The notes below the pieces were generated by a model, which worked only from the letters and a program-made list of their open reading frames with translations, did no database searches and was not told the DNA's origin. A stretch of DNA of 33,431 nucleotides, from NCBI GenBank assembly GCA_900299315.1, contig OMJI01000280.1, forward strand, positions 1 through 33,431, read 5' to 3'. Within the stretch, counting starts at the first letter, position 1, and each line of letters starts with the position of its first letter. This stretch comes from Verrucomicrobiota bacterium (lineage in GTDB: Bacteria > Verrucomicrobiota > Verrucomicrobiia > Palsa-1439). Shown piece by piece: positions 8,264-17,269 of the stretch. Made by a program: the position numbers and the translations under genes.

Positions 8264-8809
8264 ATGAAGTATTTGGGAGTCGTACTGGCCGCCCTCTTGT
8301 TCGGGGCGTCAGCTGGCCAAGCTGCTCAGGTTCGCTTCCGCATCGCTCTGCGAGGTACGGTGCAGACCGCTCAGGGAGTCACGACGCTGACCGACCAGAG
8401 CCTCGTTTCCATGTCCGGGAATGCGCTGGTGTTGATGCTCGATGTCGACGCCGGTGTCGTTGCCATCGAAGAGTGGAATTCAAGTCTCACGACGGAGATC
8501 GACCGGGATCCCGTCTTGTCCGGTACGCAGGCGTTGATGGAAAACTTCCGGATGGCCACCATTACCGGACGCGGTTCGCAGTTCATGGCCAACCTCGAAA
8601 TGGTGGACGTGGACTGGAATCACGATGGCGTGGAAGACACCGACGGCGATTTGCAGATTATCGGAAGGCTGATCTACAACCGTGACGGCGCATTGATGCG
8701 AGTGACCGGCCAACTGATCGGGGTGTTGAATGACCCGATCAACGGCGCCGGTGGCGGTGTAGCGAAGGTGTTTCGGGGCACTCTGCGGACCATTGGACCT
8801 GCCTTCTGA
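8264..8809 (+). CDS. Hypothetical secreted protein (181 aa)
   Basis: AAGGA RBS; signal peptide MKYLGVVLAALLFGASAGQA; beta-rich mature region with acidic DVDWNHDGVEDTDGD loop. Confidence 0.8.
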   Translation: MKYLGVVLAALLFGASAGQAAQVRFRIALRGTVQTAQGVTTLTDQSLVSMSGNALVLMLDVDAGVVAIEEWNSSLTTEIDRDPVLSGTQALMENFRMATITGRGSQFMANLEMVDVDWNHDGVEDTDGDLQIIGRLIYNRDGALMRVTGQLIGVLNDPINGAGGGVAKVFRGTLRTIGPAF

Positions 8810-8844
8810 TTGCATCGTGACCGGTGGCAGGCTATATCGGCGGC

Positions 8845-9765
8845 GTGAGCCAGCCTCGATTTCTCTTCGTGCGCGGTGGCGCCATCGGCGATTTCATCAT
8901 GACGCTGCCGGCAATCGGGGCAGTTCGTGAGCGATGGCCGGAGAGTCATATCGAGATTCTTGGGTACCCACACATCATCGAATTGGCGAATGGCCGGTAC
9001 TACGCCGACGCTACCCGCTCAATTGAGGCTCGCGCGCTGGCGCAGTTCTTTGTGTCCGGTGGCTCGCTCGACAGTGCTTTGGTGGACTACTTCGGTAGCT
9101 TCAATGTGGTGGTTTCGTACCTCTATGACCCGGACGAAGTCTTCGCCGAGAACATCCGTCGTTGTGGCGTGCGTCAGTTGATCACCAGCTCGCCGCGTGT
9201 GACGGAGTCCCCGGCCGCGCAGCACTACTGCAAGCCACTGGAGGCGCTTGCTCTGTACGTGGACAAGCCTCAGCCACGACTTTTTCCGAGTCAGGCCGAC
9301 CGCGACGCGGCCGAAAGGTTCTTGGCAGGTTACGGGAGCGGTCGAAGAATTGCGGTCGTCCACCCCGGTAGTGGCGGAGAGAAGAAGAACTGGCCGGCTG
9401 AGAAGTTTGGAGAGATCTGCCGGTGGTTGATGGATTCGACTTCTCTACTGGTCATACAAGGAGAAGCGGATGAAGAGGCCGGGCGCCAATTGGTCAAGAT
9501 TCTGGCTGGTCGCGAGTTTCGCTGGGCGAAGGGACTCAAGCTCGTGGAGTTGGCAGCAGTCTTGCAGAGAAGTGCGGTTTATGTGGGAAATGATTCTGGA
9601 ATCACTCATCTTGCCGTGGCAGTTGGTGCGCCGACCGTTGCGATTTTTGGCCCGAATTCCAGCTCGCTCTGGCATCCGGTCGGCGAACGAGTCCGGGTGG
9701 TTTCGATGGGGACAGATGATGTTGCCCAAGTGCGGCGGGCGGTTGACGAGGTTGTTGCCGCTTGA
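8845..9765 (+). CDS. Glycosyltransferase family 9 (ADP-heptose:LPS heptosyltransferase-like)
   Basis: RGGAIGDFIMTLP, HPGSG..KKNWP, GNDSGITHLAVAVGAPTVAIFGP motifs. GTG 8845 is the preferred start. Confidence 0.9.
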   Translation: MSQPRFLFVRGGAIGDFIMTLPAIGAVRERWPESHIEILGYPHIIELANGRYYADATRSIEARALAQFFVSGGSLDSALVDYFGSFNVVVSYLYDPDEVFAENIRRCGVRQLITSSPRVTESPAAQHYCKPLEALALYVDKPQPRLFPSQADRDAAERFLAGYGSGRRIAVVHPGSGGEKKNWPAEKFGEICRWLMDSTSLLVIQGEADEEAGRQLVKILAGREFRWAKGLKLVELAAVLQRSAVYVGNDSGITHLAVAVGAPTVAIFGPNSSSLWHPVGERVRVVSMGTDDVAQVRRAVDEVVAA

Positions 9766-9843
9766 AGTCCTTGCGCCGCAAGCCATTTGGCTTGACGCTT
9801 CTTGGAAGGCCCGGTAGAGTGGAGATGCTGGCAGGGAGGCTGG

Positions 9844-10365
9844 ATGCGCGATCAACGACTGGATAAGAATATTGGACGGGTTGAGGAGTTTATCGAGCTT
9901 TGGAAGCAGTTGAGCCAGTTTTTAGATCGGGGGTTGCGCGGCGGTACGTTTACGGATGAGGAAGAGGGGCAGTTCCTCCAGTTGAAGAGCCAGATTGCCC
10001 AGCAGTATGAGTTGTTGATGACGACGTTGGGAACGGAGGCGGAGCGGGATGACAAGGCGCTGCGCCTGTTGAACAACACACCAAGCCTGATGTCGTTCAA
10101 AGATTTGCGCGAAGGGATGGACAAGCGCCTGACGTCGGAGTGGCACAGCACGTATATTTCGCTGCAAGCGTTGCTCGGCCGGTTGAAGGGACGGCAGGCT
10201 CAACTCGCGAGTATCAATTCGTTTGCGGTGGCGATGCGGGGTGTGTTCGCGAATCCGCTCGTGTTGGTGTTCGTGGCGCTCATGGCAGGATACGGGGTGT
10301 ACCGGCTCGCGGACGATATCATCCCGAAAATCATCAAGGTCGTCGAAGAGGGAGAGAGAAAATGA
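9844..10365 (+). CDS. Hypothetical helical protein with C-terminal membrane anchor
   Basis: Promoter TTGACG-17-TAGAGT and GGAGG RBS before ATG 9844; hydrophobic segment PLVLVFVALMAGYGVY; ATGA overlap with the HU gene. Confidence 0.75.
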   Translation: MRDQRLDKNIGRVEEFIELWKQLSQFLDRGLRGGTFTDEEEGQFLQLKSQIAQQYELLMTTLGTEAERDDKALRLLNNTPSLMSFKDLREGMDKRLTSEWHSTYISLQALLGRLKGRQAQLASINSFAVAMRGVFANPLVLVFVALMAGYGVYRLADDIIPKIIKVVEEGERK

Positions 10366-10682
10366 CAAAACGTGACTTGGTCATTCGCATCAGCAATGAA
10401 ACCAACATGATCCAGCAGGACGTGTTGATGGTCGTCCAGAAGACGCTCGACTACATCACCGAAGCCCTCGTGAAGGGCGAAACGGTGGAATTGCGCAACT
10501 TCGGCGTATTCGAAGTGAAGTTGCGCAAGCCGCGCGTGGGGCGCAATCCCAACGACCCCGGTAAGGACGTCCAGATTCCTGCCCGGGCAGTCGTCAAATT
10601 CAAGCCCGGCAAGGAAATGCGCGAGGAAGTTCTGCGGCTCACCACCACATACAAACCGCCCGCGCCACCACCCGCAAACTGA
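10362..10682 (+). CDS. HU/IHF family nucleoid-associated protein
   Basis: MTKRDLV..., VELRNFGVFEV, RVGRNP, VVKFKPGKEMR; Pro-rich tail. Confidence 0.95.
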   Translation: MTKRDLVIRISNETNMIQQDVLMVVQKTLDYITEALVKGETVELRNFGVFEVKLRKPRVGRNPNDPGKDVQIPARAVVKFKPGKEMREEVLRLTTTYKPPAPPPAN

Positions 10683-10705
10683 CGATACGCCACATCACAC
10701 CTTGG

Positions 10706-10736
10706 CAGGGGCGAGGTTCTCTCGCCCCTGACTTTT
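10706..10736 (+). terminator. Intrinsic terminator-like hairpin between the HU gene and hisS
   Basis: CAGGGGCGAG-gttct-CTCGCCCCTG perfect 10-bp stem followed by ACTTTT. Confidence 0.6.
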
Positions 10737-10737
10737 C

Positions 10738-11943
10738 ATGAACGCACTCCCCGGCTTTCGCGATTTTTACCCTGAGACGCTCGCCGTTCGGCGCTACCTC
10801 TTCGACAAGTGGCGCACGACGGCAATCCGGTACGGCTTCCGGGAATACGATGGTCCGCCGCTCGAGCCGCTCGACCTCTACCGGCTGAAGTCCGGTGACG
10901 AGATCGTGAAGCAACTCTACAACTTCATCGACAAGGGCGAGCGTGAAGTGGCGCTCCGCCCCGAGATGACGCCCACGCTGGCGCGGATGGTCGGCGCAGG
11001 TCACCGCAACTACAAGAAGCCGATCAAGTGGTTCGCCATCCCCCAGCTATTCCGGTACGAGAAACAACAGCGCGGCCGGCTGCGAGAACATTTCCAGTTT
11101 AACGCTGACATCATCGGCGAGACGGACGTCGGCGCAGACGCCGAGTTGATCGCGCTCGCGATCGACACTATGCGAAGCCTTGGACTCGCGGAGCAGGATG
11201 TTGTGGTCCGCGTCTCTGACCGCCGGGCATGGCATCGCTTCCTGACCGGCTTGGGAATTCCCGACGAGCAACTCTACACCGCGTTTCAAGCAATCGACAA
11301 AATGGAGCGTGAGCCGGTAGAGCAGACGCGCGCAAAGCTCGGCCCGGTAGCCGATCAAGTTCTGGAATTTGCCGGCCAGAAACATCCCAAGGATGAGTTG
11401 GGTCAACTATTCGCCCAGTTGGGTCCGCTCGCCAAGTTCTGCGAGGTGGATTTCAAGATCGTCCGTGGTCTGGCGTACTACACCGGTATCGTTTGGGAAA
11501 TCCATGACCGGAAGGGCGAGTTGCGCGCCGTGGCCGGCGGTGGCCGGTATGACAATCTTCTGAAACTGGTCGGCGGCGTTGACCTGCCGGCGTTGGGCTT
11601 TGGGATGGGCGACGTGGTGCTGACCGAATTGCTCAAGGACCGCGGGTTGTTGCCGGCCTACAATGCCGGGCTGGATTGCTTCGTTGTGATCGCCGACGAA
11701 ACGCTGCGCCTGCCGGCGTTGCAGATGATTCATGGATTGCGCGAGGCGGGGATTTCAGTAGACTACGCGCTCGCTTCCGACAAGGTTGGCAAACAGTTCC
11801 AGCTCGCCGCTGCGCTCGGGGCGCGGTTTGCTGTCGTCGTCGGCGCGCAAGAATGGCCGGGCGGCGAGGTGAAAGTAAAGAACCTGGCGACCGGCGTCGA
11901 GGAACGCGTGGCCGTCGCCGAAGTGGCAAAGAAGATTTCATGA
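10738..11943 (+). CDS. hisS: Histidine--tRNA ligase
   Basis: PGFRDF, LRPEMTP, FRYEKQQRGRLREHFQ, VRGLAYYTG, GGGRYD and a C-terminal anticodon-binding domain. Confidence 0.97.
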   Translation: MNALPGFRDFYPETLAVRRYLFDKWRTTAIRYGFREYDGPPLEPLDLYRLKSGDEIVKQLYNFIDKGEREVALRPEMTPTLARMVGAGHRNYKKPIKWFAIPQLFRYEKQQRGRLREHFQFNADIIGETDVGADAELIALAIDTMRSLGLAEQDVVVRVSDRRAWHRFLTGLGIPDEQLYTAFQAIDKMEREPVEQTRAKLGPVADQVLEFAGQKHPKDELGQLFAQLGPLAKFCEVDFKIVRGLAYYTGIVWEIHDRKGELRAVAGGGRYDNLLKLVGGVDLPALGFGMGDVVLTELLKDRGLLPAYNAGLDCFVVIADETLRLPALQMIHGLREAGISVDYALASDKVGKQFQLAAALGARFAVVVGAQEWPGGEVKVKNLATGVEERVAVAEVAKKIS

Positions 11944-13718
11944 AACGGACACATCATTGCAGTCAGTTGCGCGCGACGGACGTGGGGCACAAGGTGGCAT
12001 TGGCCGGTTGGGTCCATGTGCGGCGCGACCATGGCGGAATTGTTTTCATCGATTTGCGGGACCGGGAGGGATTGACCCAGATCGTGTTCGATCCGCAACA
12101 CAACAAACCCTCGTGGGAACTCGCGCAGGCATTACGCAGCGAGTTTGTTGTGGCCGTGGAAGGCGTCGTGCGCAGCCGACCGGCTGGAACTGATAACCCC
12201 AAGTTGCCGACCGGCCAGATTGAAGTGCTCGTGCACACGCTCGAAGTGCTCAACAGCAGCGAGACGCCGCCGTTTCAGATCGATGAGACGCAGGCCGGTG
12301 AGGATTTGCGCCTCCAGTACCGGTATCTCGACCTGCGGCGACCGGCCATGGCGAAGAACCTCATCTTGCGCCACAAGGTTGCGAAAGCGGTGCGCGATTA
12401 TTTCGATGCCAACCGGTTCTTGGAAGTGGAGACGCCAATCCTGTTCAAGAGCACGCCGGAAGGTGCCCGGGAATATCTCGTCCCGTCCCGCGTGAACCCC
12501 GGCAAGTTCTACGCGCTGCCGCAGTCGCCGCAACAGTTCAAGCAGATGCTGATGGTGGCCGGCGTGGAGCGGTATTTTCAGATCGCGAAATGTTTTCGCG
12601 ACGAGGATCTCCGGGCGGACCGACAACCGGAATTCACGCAGATCGACATCGAGATGTCATTTGTCACGCGCGACGATGTGTTGGCGATGATGGAGGGGCT
12701 CGTCGCACACATCTGGCAGGCGGCGCGGGGCGAGAAACTGCCGCTCCCATTCCAGCGGATGGCGTACAAAGATGTGATGGAGCGTTTCGGCAGCGACAAG
12801 CCGGACACACGGTTCGGGATGGAGCTCGTCGACTTCACGGAGGACTTCAAGGCGAGCGCGTTCAAGGTGTTCCGGTCGGCTGTTGATTCCGGTGGCGTCG
12901 TCAAGGCGCTGAATGCCAAGGGTCTGGCCGGTGCGACGCAGGGTCAGATTGAACAGCTCACCGAGACCGCCAAGAGTTTTGGCGCCAAGGGTCTCGCCTA
13001 CATCAAGGTTGAGGCTGGCGAATGGAAATCGCCGATCGTGAAGTTCTTCAGCGAGGCCGAGAAAGCGGCATTGATCCAGAAGCTGAAGATCGAGGAAGGC
13101 GATCTCATTTTGTTTGGCGCCGACAAGCGTGAGTCCGTTTGGGAAGTGCTGGGCCGGTTGCGCCTCGTGGTGGCGGATATCTTGAAGAAGACCGGCAAGC
13201 TGACGGTGCGCGATGATCAATGGAATTTTCTGTGGGTGATTGATTTCCCGTTGCTGGAGTACCGGCCCGAAGAAGGAAAGTACTACGCCCGGCAGCATCC
13301 GTTCACCGCGGCGGTGCCGGAGGATGTCCACCTGCTCGACACCGACCCGCTCAAGGTGCGCGGTTCGCAGTACGATCTCGTCCTCAACGGCCAGGAGATG
13401 GCCGGTGGCTCCATCCGTATTCACCGACCGGACATGCAGAAGAAGATGTTCGAAGAGGTCTTGAAGATACCGGCGGACGTGGCGAAGGCCCGTTTCGGTT
13501 ACATGCTCGAGGCCTTCCGGTACGGTGCGCCACCGCATGGCGGCATCGCGTTCGGATTCGACCGGCTCGTGGCGACGTTGTGCGGCACGAGCAACATCCG
13601 CGATGTGATCGCCTTCCCGAAGACGGCCAAGGCATTTGACCTCATGACCGATTCGCCGAGCGAGGTGGAGCCGAAACAGCTCCGCGATCTCCACATCAAG
13701 CTCGACCTCGAATCCTGA
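11940..13718 (+). CDS. aspS: Aspartate--tRNA ligase, probably non-discriminating (Asp/Asn)
   Basis: MKRTH, RRDHGG, YRYLDLR, LPQSPQ, FRDEDLRADRQPEFTQ, GAPPHGG, IAFPKT; ATGA overlap with hisS. Confidence 0.97.
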   Translation: MKRTHHCSQLRATDVGHKVALAGWVHVRRDHGGIVFIDLRDREGLTQIVFDPQHNKPSWELAQALRSEFVVAVEGVVRSRPAGTDNPKLPTGQIEVLVHTLEVLNSSETPPFQIDETQAGEDLRLQYRYLDLRRPAMAKNLILRHKVAKAVRDYFDANRFLEVETPILFKSTPEGAREYLVPSRVNPGKFYALPQSPQQFKQMLMVAGVERYFQIAKCFRDEDLRADRQPEFTQIDIEMSFVTRDDVLAMMEGLVAHIWQAARGEKLPLPFQRMAYKDVMERFGSDKPDTRFGMELVDFTEDFKASAFKVFRSAVDSGGVVKALNAKGLAGATQGQIEQLTETAKSFGAKGLAYIKVEAGEWKSPIVKFFSEAEKAALIQKLKIEEGDLILFGADKRESVWEVLGRLRLVVADILKKTGKLTVRDDQWNFLWVIDFPLLEYRPEEGKYYARQHPFTAAVPEDVHLLDTDPLKVRGSQYDLVLNGQEMAGGSIRIHRPDMQKKMFEEVLKIPADVAKARFGYMLEAFRYGAPPHGGIAFGFDRLVATLCGTSNIRDVIAFPKTAKAFDLMTDSPSEVEPKQLRDLHIKLDLES

Positions 13719-13723
13719 GCAAC

Positions 13724-13753
13724 AAAAAGGGCGACCCCCGGCGGGTCGCCCTT
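13724..13753. terminator. Intrinsic terminator between convergent aspS and lipoprotein genes
   Basis: AAGGGCGACCC-ccggc-GGGTCGCCCTT 11-bp stem. The A run on the left gives a U tract for the minus-strand transcript. Confidence 0.85.
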
Positions 13754-13769
13754 GAAATGAATCGATCGC

Positions 13770-14408
13770 TTACTGGGCTGGGGCAGGCGCGGGAGCCGGT
13801 GCCGGTTCCGCGGCCTTCGGAGCTTCTTCGACCTGAGGAGCCTCGGTCTTGGGCGCTTCCGCTGGCGTGGGGGCCGGGGCGGGAGCAGGTGCTGCTTCGG
13901 CAGGAGCTGGGACTACCTGAACGGGTTTGGCTTCTTCCTTCATCTTGCGCGTGGGCAGACCGGGAGGCGGTTCGCCAGACCACTTGATCGCCAGAATGGT
14001 CACGCCTTCTTGGAAGGACTCCGGGTTGAAGGTGTTGACCTGAGTGAGAGTGGGGGCGCCACCCGTCGGGGCTGCATCACCGGGGCGAGGGCCGTAATTC
14101 GTTGCAAAGTAGATGCGCCCCTGCACGAAGAGTACGGCGTCGGCGCCAAGCTCTTCGGCTTTCCGGCAGACGACCTTCATGTGCTGCTCTTCCGGCTTCG
14201 CGTAGAGCAGGCTTTCGATGCGGATTTCGCCGAGTACCTCGTAGGGTGACGGCGGCAGGTTGGTGAAGATGGGCAATTTGAACCGGGTGTTTACGATGCT
14301 GCCCTCGGCAGTCGGCCAGGATTGCTGGGAGCCGACGTAAGGACGGAAGATGGCCTTGGTGCAGCCAACCGTGAGTACCAGTGCAAGCGCGCAGATGAGT
14401 CTGTTCAT
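13770..14408 (-). CDS. Lipoprotein with a YbjQ/RcsF-like domain and Pro/Ala/Glu-rich tail
   Basis: Signal ending LTVGC; PYEVLGEI...KAEELGADAVL pattern; APAPAP low-complexity C-terminus; GGAGG RBS. Confidence 0.75.
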   Translation of the reverse strand: MNRLICALALVLTVGCTKAIFRPYVGSQQSWPTAEGSIVNTRFKLPIFTNLPPSPYEVLGEIRIESLLYAKPEEQHMKVVCRKAEELGADAVLFVQGRIYFATNYGPRPGDAAPTGGAPTLTQVNTFNPESFQEGVTILAIKWSGEPPPGLPTRKMKEEAKPVQVVPAPAEAAPAPAPAPTPAEAPKTEAPQVEEAPKAAEPAPAPAPAPAQ

Positions 14409-14489
14409 AAAGAATCCTCCAAACGTGAGTTGATTACTTGCGGACGTTTATCACAATGTTGCTTCGTTTGAAAAGTACAAAAACCGTTC

Positions 14490-15503
14490 TCAAGCGTTCG
14501 CCTCGGCAGGCGTGGCTTTCGTCTTGGGCCGGCGCTTCTTCGGTTCGGCTTTCGCGACGGGGCCGATTTTGCGGTACTTCTTGTACCGGGCTTCGAGTAG
14601 GTCGCTCGTCTTCATCTCGTTGAGTTTTTCGAGATTCTTGAGGATCGCCTTCTTGAGGTTGGCAGCGGTGGTGTCGTAATCCTTGTGCGCGCCGCCGAGC
14701 GGCTCGGGAATGACTTCGTCCACGATGTCGAGTTCGAGCAAGTCTTTGGCGGTGAGCTTCAACGCGGCGGCAGCTTGGGCGGCGTTGGCGCGGTCCTTCC
14801 AGAGGATCGCGGCGCAGCCTTCCGGGGAGATGACGGAGTAGTAGGCGTTTTCCATGATGAGCAGCCGGTCGGCAACGCCGATTCCCAGCGCGCCACCACT
14901 ACCGCCTTCGCCAATCACCACGGCGACGATGGGTGTCTTGAGCACCATCATTTCGCGAAGGTTGACGGCAATGGCCTCGGCGATGTGACGTTCCTCTGCG
15001 CCGACGCCGGGATAGGCGCCGGGGGTGTCGATGAACGCGACGATGGGCAGTTCGAACTTCTCGGCCATTTGCATCAGGCGCATCGCTTTCCGGTAGCCTT
15101 CGGGGTGGGCGCTGCCGAAGTTGCGGAGGAGATTCTCTTTGGTGTCGCGGCCCTTCTGGTGCCCGACGACCATCACGCGCTGCTCGCCGATAGTGGCGAG
15201 CCCGCCGAGGATGGCCCGGTCGTCCGCAAACCGCCGGTCGCCATGCAACGGGATGTAGTTCGAGGCGATCCGGGCGAGGTAATCGAGCATGTACGGCCGC
15301 CGGGGATGCCGGGCGAGCTGGACGCGTTGCCACGGGGTGAGGTTCGTGAAGGTCTCTTTGCGCATCGCCTCGAGCTTCTGCTCGATCTGGGTAATCTGCG
15401 CCGAGAGATCGATCTTTTGATCCTCCGCCTGCTTGCGCAGGGCCTTGAGGGTTTCTTCGAGTTCGAGGATCGGTTTTTCAAAATCGAGCGTGTACAGTTT
15501 CAT
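14490..15503 (-). CDS. accA: Acetyl-CoA carboxylase carboxyltransferase alpha subunit
   Basis: LDFEKPI, ARHPRRP, HGDRRFADD, GHQKGRDTKE, DTPGAYPG, GEGGSGGALG, ISPEGCAAILW. Confidence 0.98.
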   Translation of the reverse strand: MKLYTLDFEKPILELEETLKALRKQAEDQKIDLSAQITQIEQKLEAMRKETFTNLTPWQRVQLARHPRRPYMLDYLARIASNYIPLHGDRRFADDRAILGGLATIGEQRVMVVGHQKGRDTKENLLRNFGSAHPEGYRKAMRLMQMAEKFELPIVAFIDTPGAYPGVGAEERHIAEAIAVNLREMMVLKTPIVAVVIGEGGSGGALGIGVADRLLIMENAYYSVISPEGCAAILWKDRANAAQAAAALKLTAKDLLELDIVDEVIPEPLGGAHKDYDTTAANLKKAILKNLEKLNEMKTSDLLEARYKKYRKIGPVAKAEPKKRRPKTKATPAEANA

Positions 15504-15512
15504 GGTTGTACC

Positions 15513-16370
15513 TCATTCGCGAATGGTGACGGGTGTGCCGAGCGGTAGCATGGTGTAAAGCTCCGCAACGTCGTCGTTGACGAGCCGAATGCAGCCGGCA
15601 GTGGCTTGTTTGCCAATCGAACTGTTGTCCCACGTGCCGTGGATGCCGTAGCCGGGAATGTCCAGCCCCAGCCAATGCGTGCCGAGAACGTTCTCTTTGT
15701 CGCCGAAGGGGATTTCTTTGTCGCCCCGGTACCAAGTGGGTTTCTCCTGCCGGGAGACGATCTTGAACTGGCCGACCGGGGTCTTGCTGAATTCGCCCGT
15801 TCCGATCCGGTAGCGTTTGAAGAAGTGACCGTGGTCGGTGACGGTGAGGGTGTTGGAAGTCTTGTTGGCGATGAGTGCGAATTCGGCTTGGTAGATTCGC
15901 AAGCGCGTGCCGATGCGGATTACGTCGGAGGTGAGGTTGTTGGCTTTCTTGATGAGGGCGATCGGGGCGTTGTACTTGGCGGCGAGTTTGCCGAGTGTGT
16001 CCCCGCCGGCGATGGTGTACTCGGCCTTCTGCGGAGCCGGGACCGGGCTGAATAGAATCTGGGTATTGATTTCGCCGATCAACGCGAGGACTTCCGCGGG
16101 TGCATCCGGGGAATCGGCGATTGGCTGCAATGCCTCGCGAGCCTCCGCTAGTTTGCCCTCAGCCTTGAGGGCTTGCGCCTTCTTCAATTCATCGGAGCCA
16201 ACCGGTATGACGCCGGCGGGCGGGGCAGGGGGTGGTGGAGGAACGGGCGTAGCGACGGTTTCGTTCGTGGAAGCAGGAGGTGTAGATGACGAGGCCGGTG
16301 TGGTTGGCATACGCTCACAACCCACCCAGCAGAACGACAGGACAACAATCCCCCTCGTGAACAGATTCAT
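15513..16370 (-). CDS. LysM + YkuD L,D-transpeptidase, probable lipoprotein
   Basis: Signal ending WVGC, Pro-rich linker, LysM (YTIAGGDTLGKLA...), catalytic YGIHGT...SIGKQATAGCIRL. Confidence 0.92.
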   Translation of the reverse strand: MNLFTRGIVVLSFCWVGCERMPTTPASSSTPPASTNETVATPVPPPPPAPPAGVIPVGSDELKKAQALKAEGKLAEAREALQPIADSPDAPAEVLALIGEINTQILFSPVPAPQKAEYTIAGGDTLGKLAAKYNAPIALIKKANNLTSDVIRIGTRLRIYQAEFALIANKTSNTLTVTDHGHFFKRYRIGTGEFSKTPVGQFKIVSRQEKPTWYRGDKEIPFGDKENVLGTHWLGLDIPGYGIHGTWDNSSIGKQATAGCIRLVNDDVAELYTMLPLGTPVTIRE

Positions 16371-17170
16371 GTCTGCAAGTCGCGCACGACCAAACTCATG
16401 GAAGGGTATCGACGTGGCATGTCCTTTTCAAGACATTTGAGGATTACCCGCTCCAAAGCCACCGGGCAATCAGGCGCACGTTGCCGCGGCGGGACGATGT
16501 GCTCGTTGAACTTCATGTACTTCTCGACGAGTTCATCCCGGCTACTGGTCATCACCGGCTTCTTGCCGGTGACCAGCTCGTAGGCCGTGATGCCGAAGGC
16601 GAAAATGTCAGCGCGTTCGTCGAACGGTTGTCGGGCGATTTGCTCGGGTGACCAATAGGCCGGTGTGCCAGACGTTCCGTTGTGTCGCTCCGGTTCCTTG
16701 GGGCGGGGAATCGCCAGGTCAAAATCAATGATCTTCGGTTCGTAGGTTCGCGGGATGAGGACGTTCTCGGGCTTGAAGTCGAGATGGAGAAACCCGCGGT
16801 CGTGAATGTGGGCCAAGCCGGCGGCCATGCCCTGTAGGAGCCGATGCCGATTGGCTTTCAGCAGGGGATCAGCCCGGAGTAGGCGTTCTCGTAGGTTCGA
16901 GCCGTCCACAAACTCAAAGATGGCGAAGAACGTGTCGAGGAACTGACCGGAGCCGTGGAATTCGATGATGTTCGGATGGTTGAGCTTGGCGAGGACCTCG
17001 CAGCCCCACTGAAATTGCCGCAACCGCTTCCTGTCTTCCCGAAATTCCGGCAGCATCACCCGGAGGATGAAACGCTGGTCGCGCGAATCAGCAACCAGAT
17101 AGATATCCGCCATCCCGCCGTGATTGATCCGTTCGAGGACGGTAAACCCCGCAAATGTGCTACCAATCAT
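16367..17170 (-). CDS. Hanks-type Ser/Thr kinase domain protein with atypical catalytic motifs
   Basis: HGGMADIY, LNHPNII, HLDFKPEN, IIDFDLA, GTPAYWSPE, ADIFAFG; kinase domain only. Confidence 0.9.
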   Translation of the reverse strand: MIGSTFAGFTVLERINHGGMADIYLVADSRDQRFILRVMLPEFREDRKRLRQFQWGCEVLAKLNHPNIIEFHGSGQFLDTFFAIFEFVDGSNLRERLLRADPLLKANRHRLLQGMAAGLAHIHDRGFLHLDFKPENVLIPRTYEPKIIDFDLAIPRPKEPERHNGTSGTPAYWSPEQIARQPFDERADIFAFGITAYELVTGKKPVMTSSRDELVEKYMKFNEHIVPPRQRAPDCPVALERVILKCLEKDMPRRYPSMSLVVRDLQT

Positions 17171-17269
17171 GGCTCGGCAGGGTAGCGAACGCGCGCAGCC
17201 AATGCAATCGGCATTCCCGGTTGTCCTCTTGAAACGCTCTACTGAGCTCTGCTATAAGGGAAGGGCTTC

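Noticed and set aside
10683-10705. CAT CAC His codons upstream of hisS as a possible attenuator leader
   Set aside because: No start codon or leader ORF, only two His codons, and no alternative antiterminator seen.
11676-11939. N-terminal extensions on aspS, and likewise on hss, HU (10140), the 8051 ORF and GH13 (33407)
   Set aside because: They overlap neighbouring genes or the tRNA; downstream starts match the family N-termini and RBS or overlap patterns.
13770-13925. Repetitive GC-rich DNA, also near 16210-16300 and 21280-21350
   Set aside because: It encodes Pro/Ala-rich protein linkers; not a CRISPR array or DNA repeat element.
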